From: Octopus bimaculoides
Taxonomy: Eukaryota
Assembly: GCF_001194135.2 (NCBI RefSeq)
Contig: NC_068991.1
Span: forward strand, 1,653,821-1,717,820
Direction of reading: 5' to 3'
DNA length: 64,000 bases
Shown here: piece by piece, positions 1 through 12,328 of the stretch
Layout of the letters: each line of letters begins with the position of its first letter
Position numbering within the stretch: position 1 is the first letter of the stretch
Position numbers and translations under genes: made by a program
Notes under the pieces: model-generated
Seen by the model: the letters and a program-made list of their open reading frames with translations, nothing else
Database searches by the model: none
Told to the model about the DNA's origin: nothing

Positions 1-24
1 GTGTGTGCGTGCGTGCGTGCGTGT

Positions 25-60
<36 letters not shown>

Positions 61-129
61 ATAGATAGGTAGATATCATATACGTAAAACTTAATGGACG
101 ATTTTGTACATATATATTCATTTTGATAT

Positions 130-400
130 CAGAGAGGCGCACATACATCGACACGTCATAACTTGAAATCCGATCACGTTGGACATTAACGCCCTAACGG
201 TCAAATTCTGACAATCTCTACAGATTCGAGGCTCCCACTAAAAATTTACAGCAAAAAAGCGAATATCCCTCCACATCTTGAAGATGTGGCTTAGATAACC
301 TGGAGAAGTTGATAAACATGAATTTAGGAACATTATTGCACCAAACGAATTATAAGACTGTGATAAACAAACACAAGAGATCAGAATCTTAATTATACGT
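130..400 (+). mobile_element. Possible decayed Penelope-like element fragment (GIY-YIG endonuclease region)
   Basis: Frameshifted translation gives TYIDTS*LEIRSRWTL..QI..SRLPL..PHLEDVA, loosely resembling the YIG..LR.R.T.HRQQI..R.PLS.HLE.CA pattern of PLE GIY-YIG domains. Heavily decayed; recognised by eye only. Confidence 0.3.
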
Positions 401-446
401 GTGTGTGTATGCATGTAGGTAGATATGTGTGTATGTTCGTATATAT

Positions 447-504
<58 letters not shown>

Positions 505-510
<6 letters not shown>

Positions 511-612
511 GACGGGCTTTTTTCAGTTTTCGTCTGCCAAATCCACTGACATGGCAACCGAAACCATACAGTTGGAAACCAAGCTTCCTACCACACAGCT
601 ACGCCTACGCCA
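505..612 (-). mobile_element. SINE-B (tRNA-headed SINE) head fragment with internal deletion
   Basis: gacgggct..ttcagtt..cgtctgccaaatccact and aagcttcctaccacacagc..gcc match copies at 53340-53507 and 59365-59778; abuts an (AT)n tract. Confidence 0.75.
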
Positions 613-1489
613 AATACATATTTAATTTTCTTCTGCCTGCTTATTAGAAAGCTCTTAAAATATCTAGTCTTAGGTAATCATGTAAAGCATAATTTCGTTC
701 TTATTAGAAATTATCAGCATGAAATAACCCAAGACAAATAAATTAACTAAATTAAACATTTTACGAAGCGTGACATTTTTTATGGGTAGAAAATAATTAC
801 ATTTTGAGAGAAATTCATGGAATGTTGCTTTGTTTATTTATTTTTCTTCTGTTTTTAAATTTTTTTTTTTTCATAGATAGTTAGTAGTTCAACAATTAAG
901 AGACAAAAGAGGGAAATATTTCTTCCTTAGTCTGCGAAAATGAGTAATTGGTCAATGGTGCTGCTGTATGTTTCTTTTTTTTTTCTTTTACAATACAAAT
1001 GGAAGGACGTGTGTTTTTAGCTTAGCGTCCCTATTTTATACAAGGCAATAAATATATTTTGCTAAAACTATAAACAGTAAATTATACTTTATATTTTTAT
1101 TTGTAATAAAAAAAAAAGAAGTCTTTACTGTACTTCTATCAATTAATTAATTAATTAAATTTCTCCAGCGTTTTTGCTAATGTTATGCAAATTCGGTAGA
1201 CCAATTTAATATTTCTCATGTTTGTATATGTTATAAATATTTATAAGGTAGTAGTGACCTCGTGATGAGGAATATTAGCAAAATTACCTGCGATGAAGCG
1301 ATACAAAGCATGAAAACCATTCCACCTGATCTGATTGCGATGAAGAAAACAAAAACAAGATTCAACAAAGGTTTCTACTTTTCACTCTGAGGTACACTAT
1401 GCCAGTTTGCTGTCAGCAGACACTCGTAAGTCTAACTTAGGTGATTGTTTATAGAAATAAGCGCGATACTCGATGCATAGCTGCTATAC

Positions 1490-1532
1490 ACACGCACGCG
1501 CACACTCACACACATATGTGTGTGTACATATA

Positions 1533-1578
<46 letters not shown>

Positions 1579-1803
1579 CATATATATACATACATACATA
1601 TATATATATATATACATATATATGCGCACATACACATAACCATATATATATATTACATATACATATACACACGCACACATATATATATATATATATATAC
1701 ATATATATACATATATACATATATACATATATATGCGCACATACACATAACCATATATATATATTACATATACATATACACCCGCACACACATATATATA
1801 TAT

Positions 1804-1840
<37 letters not shown>
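1490..1840. repeat. Compound (AT)n/(AC)n microsatellite with a 111-bp internal duplication
   Basis: tatgcgcacatacacataaccatatatatatattacatatacatatacac occurs at 1621 and 1732. Confidence 0.9.
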
Positions 1841-1843
<3 letters not shown>

Positions 1844-1949
1844 GAAGAAAAGGTAAAACACAAGGTGCTTTTTATTATTAACCCAGCAAACTGGTAGAAT
1901 GAAGTTTATTCCAGTAGAATTCGTTCGTTCAACCTAAAGAAATACAGCC

Positions 1950-2260
1950 TTCTTTTGTCCGCACTTCTCGCCGATTATTCTGTTAATCTGCCGTACTTAG
2001 CTTTATTTCATTCTACAGAGACATTTTACTTGGTTATTATTCTTCACCTCATCCTCAATCATTGGCAGACATTTTCCAATTATTCTTCGAAAATGCCATA
2101 CTTTTTTCTTTAGCTCAATCCATCTTGTTGCCAGATTTCTTTAACTCTCATCTCCTTTTATGGCTTCTGTACCATCTCACTATGTATTTGTTTCCCTGAA
2201 AACATTTCATGAAAATACAATTCCTTCGTGCTGTAACGATAACGATTTTCCATACGCTTC
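1950..2260 (-). mobile_element. Possible decayed RTE-clade LINE fragment (linker between endonuclease and RT)
   Basis: Minus-strand translation with stops and frameshifts gives AKEKK....EE...  and QINRIIGEKCGQK-GCI, similar to the AKEKW..C..IE and QKIKEITGKK..TGCI pattern of RTE ORFs. Confidence 0.3.
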
Positions 2261-2397
2261 AGATACAAAAAGAATATCTTTGCAATTCTATAAAAGTTTG
2301 TATTCTTACATGTTGCTGCTGCTGCTGCTGCTGCTGCGTTGCGTTATTGCGATTACTGTTGCTTCCCTTCTGCTTCTCTTGTTCAGAATATTATTTA

Positions 2398-2470
2398 ACA
2401 CCAGGTCAGGCATGATCGAAGAGTACTATGATCAATGATCCGACAATACTGACCATCCCGTCCTTTGCTT
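2398..2470 (+). repeat. Short (~70-bp) dispersed element, family S1
   Basis: ccaggtcag..tgatcga.....tatgatcaa....tcc.....tgaccatcccgtc; related copies at ~14988-15035, ~15205-15250, ~25650-25700, ~26495-26570 and, reversed, ~30213-30275. Confidence 0.6.
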
Positions 2471-2595
2471 TCTAGTCATACTGTAATAGTCTACTGTTTG
2501 CTGTTTACTAACTTTTTTATTTTCAATTTTACGTAATCCTGGTTTCATAATAAATTAATCATAGATACATGATTTAATACTTTTTTATTGTTTCC

Positions 2596-2635
<40 letters not shown>

Positions 2636-3615
2636 NNNNNNNNNNNNNNNNNNNNNNNNNNNNNNNNNNNNNNNNNNNNNNNNNNNNNNNNNNNNNNNNN
2701 NNNNNNNNNNNNNNNNNNNNNNNNNNNNNNNNNNNNNNNNNNNNNNNNNNNNNNNNNNNNNNNNNNNNNNNNNNNNNNNNNNNNNNNNNNNNNNNNNNNN
2801 NNNNNNNNNNNNNNNNNNNNNNNNNNNNNNNNNNNNNNNNNNNNNNNNNNNNNNNNNNNNNNNNNNNNNNNNNNNNNNNNNNNNNNNNNNNNNNNNNNNN
2901 NNNNNNNNNNNNNNNNNNNNNNNNNNNNNNNNNNNNNNNNNNNNNNNNNNNNNNNNNNNNNNNNNNNNNNNNNNNNNNNNNNNNNNNNNNNNNNNNNNNN
3001 NNNNNNNNNNNNNNNNNNNNNNNNNNNNNNNNNNNNNNNNNNNNNNNNNNNNNNNNNNNNNNNNNNNNNNNNNNNNNNNNNNNNNNNNNNNNNNNNNNNN
3101 NNNNNNNNNNNNNNNNNNNNNNNNNNNNNNNNNNNNNNNNNNNNNNNNNNNNNNNNNNNNNNNNNNNNNNNNNNNNNNNNNNNNNNNNNNNNNNNNNNNN
3201 NNNNNNNNNNNNNNNNNNNNNNNNNNNNNNNNNNNNNNNNNNNNNNNNNNNNNNNNNNNNNNNNNNNNNNNNNNNNNNNNNNNNNNNNNNNNNNNNNNNN
3301 NNNNNNNNNNNNNNNNNNNNNNNNNNNNNNNNNNNNNNNNNNNNNNNNNNNNNNNNNNNNNNNNNNNNNNNNNNNNNNNNNNNNNNNNNNNNNNNNNNNN
3401 NNNNNNNNNNNNNNNNNNNNNNNNNNNNNNNNNNNNNNNNNNNNNNNNNNNNNNNNNNNNNNNNNNNNNNNNNNNNNNNNNNNNNNNNNNNNNNNNNNNN
3501 NNNNNNNNNNNNNNNNNNNNNNNNNNNNNNNNNNNNNNNNNNNNNNNNNNNNNNNNNNNNNNNNNNNNNNNNNNNNNNNNNNNNNNNNNNNNNNNNNNNN
3601 NNNNNNNNNNNNNNN
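2636..3615. other. Assembly gap (N-run); the first of ~20 gaps
   Basis: Other large gaps at about 7631-8229, 9248-9432, 16889-17818, 18645-19306, 22230-22735, 27401-27645, 32274-32518, 34994-35256, 38059-38297, 50468-50918 and 52271-52437. Almost all are bounded by (AT)n or (GT)n. Confidence 0.99.
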
Positions 3616-4269
3616 ATATATATACGTGTGTGTGTGTATTATTCTTGAAATAAGAGGATATCTTAGAACATAAACAACTGTATTAGGCGGGGTCGTTCCG
3701 TGAACAGAACACACACACAGGTTGTAATTCACATCTTTGTTGATTGATTGACTTTTAAGTTTCCCATTACCTTTTTAAGTAATCCGCCATGACACTTCAC
3801 TTGATATTTCATATCCAAAAGACAGACTTCTTGATAAAGGCTATGTTGGCGGTCTATGAACGTTTCAAGAATTACACTTCAGTGGATATGATGCCCTTCA
3901 CGGATTGGTTGACGCACACACATTTGGAGACACTTCTGCGTGTACCAGCGTCCAGTAAATAGAGTGAATGCTGATTTAAGCTATAGGAATCTTTGATCCA
4001 ATGTAGGTGTTTGTTTCTCAGGATGTGTGAGTGAGTTTCCTTGACTCATATCTTTTAGAAATGATTCTATGTGTGTCCAGAATCATCTAAGTGGTATGCG
4101 TAATGTTTTCATGTAAATTAAGAGCTTTTAACATGAGAAACTTTAGCCAATATCGTATAAATGTCTGTGTCACGTTTCTCGTTTTAAATATAACTTTCGT
4201 ATCCATTGTATGAATGGGCACCAGCGGCAATGAGTTGTTGTTTTCGCTGTTTAAAATCTATTAAACCTC

Positions 4270-4480
4270 AATTTAATTAGTAGAGATCTTATCAAGTTTG
4301 GTGACAACAAGTCTTCTTAAATCTTAAAAATCTTTCTTTCTTACGAAGTACAGGATTCCACTTTTCCTGCATGTTGACAATGCCAGTCTCAACTTCACTG
4401 TCCTTTTCCCTCTTACGAAGTAGTTTTGGATGTTATGCTGTGTACACCAGTTCTCTTCTTCTTCTTCTTATTATTATTAT
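4270..4480 (-). mobile_element. R4/Dong-like non-LTR retrotransposon, diverged 5'-truncated 3' end
   Basis: Diverged tandem homologue of 4490-4720; minus strand reads CRKSGILY... then agacttgttgtcaccaaac; its 5' side is an (AAT)n/(AAG)n tract. Confidence 0.55.
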
Positions 4481-4489
4481 TATAATCAT

Positions 4490-4690
4490 TGATGTTGTTG
4501 TACAAAAAGTTAATTTAATTAGTAAAGATTATCGTTAGATTTGGCGACGGCAAGTCTCTTCAAATCTCAAGAATGTTTATCGAGATTCTTGTGGAGTACA
4601 GAATGGCATTTTTCTGCAAATAGACGGTAAGTGTCTCAATTCTCATTCTGTCTCTTTGGTAACAGCTTGGTGTTGTGTCGTCTGCACCAA

Positions 4691-4720
<30 letters not shown>
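4490..4720 (-). mobile_element. R4/Dong-like non-LTR retrotransposon 3' end inside (TAA)n
   Basis: Minus strand encodes LQKNAILYSTRISINILEI* (RLE C-terminal LQK.A.L.T.RI motif) followed by gagacttgccgtcgccaaa; (AAT)n on both sides; homologous to 10742-10890. Confidence 0.65.
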
Positions 4721-4722
<2 letters not shown>

Positions 4723-5329
4723 GTAGTAGTAGTAGTAGTTATTTAGTTACATGTTTATTTCGTATGTGCTGATTTCTTTACTCAAAATATTGCACATAAA
4801 TACCTATGAGGATTGGTTTGCGTTGAAATAAGGAGAGGTTTCGATTGGAAACTCCGACAGAGACATATCCTTGCCGGTAAATCTAAGAAGGCCACCACCA
4901 AAGCTTAAAACCTTACACACATTAACGCGCACTCACACAGACACACACACACGCGCGTGTAGACACTTACACACACATGCACACACACACACAGACACAC
5001 GCACACACACACACACACACACACAGATACACACGCTCGTACACGCATACACACAGACACACATACACACACGCTGAGAGATATGTGACATAACTCAGCC
5101 ATATATTTCTATATCTAATAATGGTGTCTTTAATAGTTATTTCCATTTCCTATTAGCAGACAATAAGCACACGGCAACTGAATAACAAATCTGCTTCGCT
5201 CCAATAAGAAGCTGCAATTACAATGAATTAAGTATTGAAGTGAGTTTCGAGACGACACGGAATATATTTCGATTCGAATAACGGGGCGCAGCGGTAGAAA
5301 AGTTAGAGGATTAAGCACATAGCAAGTGG

Positions 5330-5479
5330 GGTGGCTGTATGAGAAGAAGGTTGCTTTCCAGCCATATGGTTCCAGTTTCATCCCATTGAGTTCCACCTAG
5401 GGGAACTGTCTTCAACCATAGCCCTGCTTTGACCGAAGCTTTGTGAAAAGATTTGGCAAACGGAAACTGAAAGAAGCCC

Positions 5480-5490
<11 letters not shown>
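5330..5490 (+). mobile_element. SINE-B head (tRNA-like part plus body) running into (AT)n(AG)n
   Basis: gtggctgtatg..agaag..tgct..ccagccatatggttcc ... gatttggcaaacggaaactgaaagaagcccgcc. Confidence 0.75.
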
Positions 5491-5550
<60 letters not shown>

Positions 5551-5639
5551 AGAGAGATAAATAAATAGATAGATAGATGAGAGCGTATGTATACAAATAT
5601 GAATGCACATACTCACGCACGCGCGCGCACCTAACGGTC

Positions 5640-5792
5640 TTCGGCACAGTTTCTGTTTACCGAATTCCACTCAGAATATATTTGTCTTCTCGTTGTTACA
5701 GTAGAAGACACTAACGTACCCGAAGGTGGTATCTTTCAGTCGAATGAAACCCGGAACCACGTAGTGACGCTTTTCTGCACCCCGCGGCTACG
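5640..5792 (-). mobile_element. SINE-B-related head, inverted relative to 5330-5490
   Basis: cagtttctgtttaccgaattccactca...agtagaagacact...aacccggaaccacgtagtg. Confidence 0.6.
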
Positions 5793-6419
5793 ACAATAAT
5801 ATCTAATAGAGACAAGGAACCTAGTTTTACAAGAAGCTATATGAGATAAAGAACGAAACGATTAGAATTGCTGGTGGCCATTATGGATTTATTCTATAGA
5901 AAGCCAGAATGAATAAATACAAATGGAATAATTTCTATTTGAGAGATTCTTAGATGTTAAATGCCAAGTTGTTGATAGCGATATGGTTAAAGTGTTCGTT
6001 TCGTAATAAAAATGATTGAGCTGTTTCAATCCTGATGCTTGGTACTTTAGGAAAGTGTTTGATGCCATGAACTGTGATCGCCGAATATATTATGGAATTC
6101 GGTTGACAAAAATCTATGCGGAGCCCCACCGTAGGAAGGCTACTCCTACAATGTGACTCTAAGCCGTGGAAACGAAATGTGAGTTAGAGAGAGAGAGAGA
6201 GAGGGGGAGAGAGAGGGAGAGAATACTTGCCCCTGTTGTTCAGGGTCATAGAACATTTTTAGGGTTGCTTAGATTGGTCCTAAGCAGTTAGACCTCATAT
6301 TTCATGATTTTGTTTCTTGGAATTTTGTGTTGTCTTTGTTTTCGTTTACTCCCTGCGGCTAATAAAAGAAGCATCGTCAACATAACAACAACAACAATTA
6401 TTATTATTACTATTATTAC

Positions 6420-6453
<34 letters not shown>

Positions 6454-6740
6454 TTCTCTTTATCAAAGGTTTCGTTGGAGCTCCTGGTGTCTTCCTACCT
6501 GCAACCTACGGTACTTCTCGCCGAGTGTTTTTTCGTACACCTAGGGCAGAGAAATTCATTGTATGCATTCCCAGTTTACGCACACAAATTCACAGGTAAA
6601 ATATGTATTTAAAAAAAAAATTAATAAATAGGAAAAAAAAAAAAATAAATAAATAAAATAAAATAAATTCGACTTACCTAATTTCAGGCCCCGTTCCTAC
6701 AGCTAAAAGGATATTAGTATTGTTGTTGTTGTTGTTATTG

Positions 6741-6900
6741 TTCGGGAGGACAAAATGCTTAACGGCGTTTCGTTTGTTCAAATCCTACCGAGGTCGACTT
6801 CCATCTTTTCCCTGTTAAACACTAGGGTTGATGGGTTGATGAAATCAACATCTCCGCCCCCAAATTGCTGGCCTTGTGCCTAAATAAGAAAGGGATATTA
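6741..6900 (+). mobile_element. SINE-A (tRNA-derived) with internal deletions
   Basis: gttcaaatcc B-box, gaggtcgactt, and the aaattgctggccttgtgcc tail shared with other copies. Confidence 0.75.
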
Positions 6901-7304
6901 TTGTTGTTCTCTTCATCATCATCATCATCGTCGTCATCACTGTTCGTCATTATTTTATTTCCGTCTAAATAACTTCCTCTGGGTTGCATACATTTCAATG
7001 AATTAATTACTATAATTTCAATATATTTCACATTAAACATTGGAACCACCTAATTCCGTAGTGAAAACTGCAAACAGGTCTACGTAATTATGTGTCCTCC
7101 ACAACCCTGCCCATTCTTTCTGTTAAAACTATATGACTAACTCTTAAATGTCAAAATAATGTTTTTATATCTCTAAAATTAACAAGGCGTTTACAAGACA
7201 ATTGCCACCTTACAGAATTACCATTATTGATCCCATAGCTACATTTACTGCCTGTTGATGCCACTCATAAAGAAATAATAAGCACATACGTATGGCTGGA
7301 TTTT

Positions 7305-7530
7305 ATCTTTTATTTTTCACTTGTTTCACTCATTAGACTGCGGCCGTTTTTGGAGAAGCGCCGTGAAAAATCTTTTTAGTCGAATGAATTAACCCCAGTG
7401 TTTATCGTTTCTTTAAGCCTGGTACTTATTCTATAAGTCTCTTTTGTCGAACCGCTACGCCACAGATATGTAAACACAATAATGCTCTTTGTCAAGCGGT
7501 AGTGAGAGATAAACAGGTATACACACACAC
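7305..7530 (-). mobile_element. SINE-B 3' half
   Basis: cacttgtttcactcattagactgcggcc...ttagtcgaa...aagcctggtacttattctat..gtctcttttg.cgaaccgcta. Confidence 0.8.
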
Positions 7531-7563
7531 ACATGTATGTATGTATGCATGTATGTATGTATG

Positions 7564-7622
<59 letters not shown>

Positions 7623-8637
7623 ATATATATNNNNNNNNNNNNNNNNNNNNNNNNNNNNNNNNNNNNNNNNNNNNNNNNNNNNNNNNNNNNNNNNNNNNNN
7701 NNNNNNNNNNNNNNNNNNNNNNNNNNNNNNNNNNNNNNNNNNNNNNNNNNNNNNNNNNNNNNNNNNNNNNNNNNNNNNNNNNNNNNNNNNNNNNNNNNNN
7801 NNNNNNNNNNNNNNNNNNNNNNNNNNNNNNNNNNNNNNNNNNNNNNNNNNNNNNNNNNNNNNNNNNNNNNNNNNNNNNNNNNNNNNNNNNNNNNNNNNNN
7901 NNNNNNNNNNNNNNNNNNNNNNNNNNNNNNNNNNNNNNNNNNNNNNNNNNNNNNNNNNNNNNNNNNNNNNNNNNNNNNNNNNNNNNNNNNNNNNNNNNNN
8001 NNNNNNNNNNNNNNNNNNNNNNNNNNNNNNNNNNNNNNNNNNNNNNNNNNNNNNNNNNNNNNNNNNNNNNNNNNNNNNNNNNNNNNNNNNNNNNNNNNNN
8101 NNNNNNNNNNNNNNNNNNNNNNNNNNNNNNNNNNNNNNNNNNNNNNNNNNNNNNNNNNNNNNNNNNNNNNNNNNNNNNNNNNNNNNNNNNNNNNNNNNNN
8201 NNNNNNNNNNNNNNNNNNNNNNNNNNNNNTCTTTCGAGAAACACTTCCTGATATATATCAGCAAACCAGGCTGTCTACATTAAATAACTTCATGCATATT
8301 ATTAAATAAGAAAGAAAGAAGAAAGAAGGAAAGAAAGAAAGAAAGAAAGACAGAAAGAAGGAAAGAAAAAAAGGAAATCGAATAAAATATTGAAAATTTA
8401 AGTAGAATTTCAGAACTGTTTCATTCCTAAGAACCACCACTTGTGGTGATGTTTTGACAAAAAAAAAAAAAAAAAAAATGTTCCCATAGTGATATACAGC
8501 GAGTGCTTTCTATTCTAAATCCGAATTCATCTAATTTGCATTATTGTGTTAGCCTTCGACAACAGTTCGACAATGAATACTCGTACTGTTCCAGTGGTAG
8601 TTTTAAAACAGTTTACAGAGAGCTGGATGTAGTGAAT

Positions 8638-8676
<39 letters not shown>

Positions 8677-8739
8677 ATAGATAGACAGATAAATTTACAT
8701 ATCTTTATATATATTTTATATCTATGTGTGTTTGTGTGT

Positions 8740-8874
8740 TATTATGTTCGTCAGCGTTTGACAATAGACATTGGTTGGGTTACGTCCTGCGACGTAGCGG
8801 TTCAACATAAAAGATGGATAGAATAAGTGTCAGCCTTAAAAAATAAATACTTGTGGTGATCCGTTCGTCCAAAC
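8740..8874 (+). mobile_element. SINE-B 3' half, interrupted by a hAT-type element
   Basis: Reverse complement of the 7305-7530 type sequence (tttgacaa...cgtagcggttc...gatagaataagt); it breaks at 8875. Confidence 0.65.
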
Positions 8875-9206
8875 CAGTGGTTCCCAAACTTTTTCGGGCT
8901 GCCGTCCCCTTCAGTCTCAAGTCACATTCCTAGTGCCCCCACCCTCAACTAATATCATCACAACGAAAATTTTAGAAAAATCAATAAATAAATGTGTGGA
9001 AATCGAACCGATGAGTGTGTTAAGTAATAAAGTACTAAAAGAGAATGAATCTCCCCAGGCACAATAAAATATGCTTCAACACACGAATTCACATTAAGAA
9101 TTTTGAAAACCAAATACAAGAACGAAATATTTTATAGTTATTATTGTACTAATAGACTTCCATAGTCGCTCTATCTCCGTAATTTACAATGCCTTCTGGT
9201 TTGTCT

Positions 9207-9210
<4 letters not shown>
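8875..9210 (+). mobile_element. Left end of a hAT/Charlie-type non-autonomous DNA transposon
   Basis: Begins cagtggttcccaaacttttt, a typical Charlie-type TIR, preceded by the 8-mer gtccaaac, which resembles the Charlie target consensus. The right TIR is not visible (gap at 9248). Confidence 0.65.
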
Positions 9211-9247
<37 letters not shown>

Positions 9248-9911
9248 NNNNNNNNNNNNNNNNNNNNNNNNNNNNNNNNNNNNNNNNNNNNNNNNNNNNN
9301 NNNNNNNNNNNNNNNNNNNNNNNNNNNNNNNNNNNNNNNNNNNNNNNNNNNNNNNNNNNNNNNNNNNNNNNNNNNNNNNNNNNNNNNNNNNNNNNNNNNN
9401 NNNNNNNNNNNNNNNNNNNNNNNNNNNNNNNNTGTGTGTGTGTGTGTGTGCACGTGGTGGAAGTGTGTCCAATCATTCAGAGAAATTTTGAAAGATATAT
9501 TAAACCTGTGTTTATGTGTGCGCGTGTGTGCGCGTGTGTGCGCGTGTGTGCGCGCGTGTGTGTATGTGTGTGTCTGCAGCCTGTATATTTCCAGATAATA
9601 GCATAAAAATTTAATATACATATACCTGCTATACGGTGTACATTTAATAGTGTTGGTGTTTTATGTGTGTATGTATGTATGCATACATACATACGCACAC
9701 ACACATATACACACATACACACACATATATATATATACATATACATATATACATACTTACATATGTGTACGTTTGTATATGGGAGAGAGAGAGAGTATGT
9801 ATACGTAGTTACAAAGTTGCAACGCACTGTTATAATTATTCGCATAGATATATATAGATCTAAACGTATGTATGTATACACACACACACACACACATACA
9901 CACATGCACAC

Positions 9912-10300
9912 GCGTGTTGCTCGTCTGTCGATCAGACGAGTTTGTCGGGACTTTTGAGTGCTGAGACGAACAGTGATGGTGACATCTGATATCATCTGTC
10001 TTTCTGACCTGCCTTCATTGCTTCGATACAGTCTCTCTTTTAGCTTCATGCGTTTTGGAATCCTTACCAACCGTTGCTCGCCGTTCTTCTCCATCCAACT
10101 CAAACGGTCTCCATTCCACTCTTAATGGCTGACGTTGAAGGTTTTCGGGGAACCTTTTCAAAGTGTCTTTGAAGAGCTTTTTATGCAGTTTTCTGGATGG
10201 TTTACCATGCTGGAATTTGTCGTTGGGCAGATTCTTTGCGATCCTGTCTTTTAGCCTTCGAATGCCGTATCCTGTCCAACTCATTATGATTGTATCGGGG
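9912..10300 (-). mobile_element. RTE/BovB-clade LINE, 5'-truncated 3' fragment
   Basis: ORF 10015-10284 SWTGYGIRRLKDRIAK...GK..RKLHKKLFKDTLK...E..R follows the RTE thumb/C-terminus pattern RW.GHV.RM.D.R.PK...G...G.QKKR.KDTLK; the 3' end cgacagacgagc resembles cgacggacgaa at 47465. Confidence 0.8.
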
Positions 10301-10329
10301 TGATACGGTTAATGATCATTATTTCATTT

Positions 10330-10680
10330 AATAATTGCCTAATAACTGACGTAGCAGTGCCAAGAGATAACATATTACCATGAAAGAAAGAGAAAAGAAT
10401 GACAGAGATGGAGAGCTGAGAATTGAGATTGCTAAGATGTGGCAGCTACGAGAGTCAAGCATAAAGGTTGTCCCTATTGTAATCGGAGCATTGGGTTCAA
10501 TACCACCCAATCTGAAAAAAACATCTGAAACCTTAGAAATATTCTACAATCTTAGTGTATTGAAAAAGTCAGCATTACTTGGAACTGCACGCATATTGAG
10601 TAAACTATTGTCTGTCTGAGGTCCTTGTTGTGACTTGACAAACAGTACAAACCCCCGTTAAACACAATATCTTCAATCAA
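10330..10680 (+). mobile_element. R4/Dong-clade LINE, RLE endonuclease C-terminus plus 3' UTR
   Basis: ORF 10380-10619 ELRIEIAKMWQL..IKVVPIVIGALGSIP..LKK..LEI..LKKSALLGTARILSKLLSV* is the characteristic C-terminus of R4/Dong RLE-type ORFs. Confidence 0.9.
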
Positions 10681-10741
10681 CAACCTCACCATATTGTATA
10701 CTGTGCGACGTCTACAACAACAACAACTACAAATTAACGAT

Positions 10742-10859
10742 CTGCAGAAAAGTACTATCCTCTACTCAGTAAGTATCCTAGAGGGAGATTTGAGGAGACT
10801 TGTCGTTACCAAACCTCAAGATAAAATATCTGCTAACTATATTAGCATATACTAGCATC

Positions 10860-10890
<31 letters not shown>
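10742..10890 (+). mobile_element. R4/Dong-like 3' end with (TAA)n tail
   Basis: ctgcagaaaagtactatcctctac = LQKSTILY; gagacttgtcgttaccaaac 3' UTR; (TAA)10 tail. Confidence 0.7.
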
Positions 10891-10893
<3 letters not shown>

Positions 10894-11378
10894 TAGGGAA
10901 TTTACCAATTGATTTGGTACCAAAAGTTGAAAACCAACTTAAGCAATTATCAGGAATGGCTGAACGGTGTAATATGGTGTGGACCATAATATTGCCTTTA
11001 GGCATCCTGATGATTGCAAGAATCGATTTTCAATTCCCTGCTATTAAAACCAATCGGTAAATTGGTTATTAGGAGATTATGGTATTGTGTTTTTAAGAAT
11101 CATCTTTATTCACTCCATTAACTAAGAGTGGAATCTCCAACTTTTCTCACTCATAGATTTTTTTAGACAACTGTGTGTGTGTGTGTGTGTGTCTATATGT
11201 TTGTATAAGTATGTATCTATATATTTATGTATATGCATGAGGCCGGGGTAATATGTACGCACATAGAGAAATAGACAGACAGAAACATAGACATATGAAA
11301 TATATACATGTGTGTGTGTATGTGTACATATGCGCATGCATTGATACAAGTACATACATATGTAATAAATTTGCTCTA

Positions 11379-11416
<38 letters not shown>

Positions 11417-11814
11417 TGTTCTTCATTCAGGGTAAAATATTCTTCCATTTTCCATATCGCTTCTCCGCTCTGTCAAACCCGTTGTTTCGACATGGCTACC
11501 AGAGAGACGGTGGCAGGCGGTGCTTACGCCAATGACAGACACAGCGTTTTCCTCTGAAGAATATTCAAATGTTTTATGCATTGGGAAACATTAGCAAGAA
11601 TAACATTAATAATTCCATCCATAACAATAAGTTCAACTGCAAAGGTTACAGACAAATAGGTTAGATTATATTTAGACTCAGCTGAATACAACAACACCAA
11701 GAACCACATAAAAACTAAACAATGTGTCTTTATTTAGATACATTTACAGAGGACAACAAAGATAGAAATAGCGTGAGAGACCTCAGCAACTTTGGAAGTC
11801 AAAAATGACAAAAA

Positions 11815-11999
11815 TATCCTTTTCTAATCTAGGCACAACGCCAGAAATTTTGGGGGAAGGGTTGGGGCAGTCGATTAGATCGACTTCAGTTCGCAACTGG
11901 TACTTAATTTATCGACCAGGAAAGGATGAAAGGCAAATTCGACCTCGGCGAAATTTGAACTCAAAACGTAAAGACAGACGAAATATCGCTAGTTTCGCC
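11815..11999 (-). mobile_element. SINE-A
   Basis: aggcacaa.gccagaaatttt...actggtactta.tttatcgacc..gaaaggatgaaaggcaaa.tcgacctcggcg.aatttgaactca. Confidence 0.9.
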
Positions 12000-12328
12000 T
12001 GAAAGTTACAAGCTCGTCAATAGTGACCACCCCATCGATGAATGGTTTGGCTAGATCCGGACTGTCGGATATATATATTTACCATAATAATTTGTGGCTG
12101 ATTTATCGAAATGTTAATGTGAAAATTATAAAATAACGAGGCTAGTTATGCACAATATAAAACAAGAATGGAATAATTTTTCTGCGCATGCGTGCTAATA
12201 GCTGATACTATTATGGTCACGTGATCGAAGTTTGAGCCTGACGGCGCCATTTTTCTTTTTGTCTTTACAGTGTAAGCCTGGCCGCTCCAGTAGCAAAGTG
12301 CACCAAAGAAGAACAAAGAGCAGTGATC

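Noticed and set aside
271-289. Palindrome ccacatctt-g-aagatgtgg sharing an 8-mer with the 42755 hairpin
   Set aside because: An 8-9-bp palindrome and a shared 8-mer are expected by chance in 64 kb.
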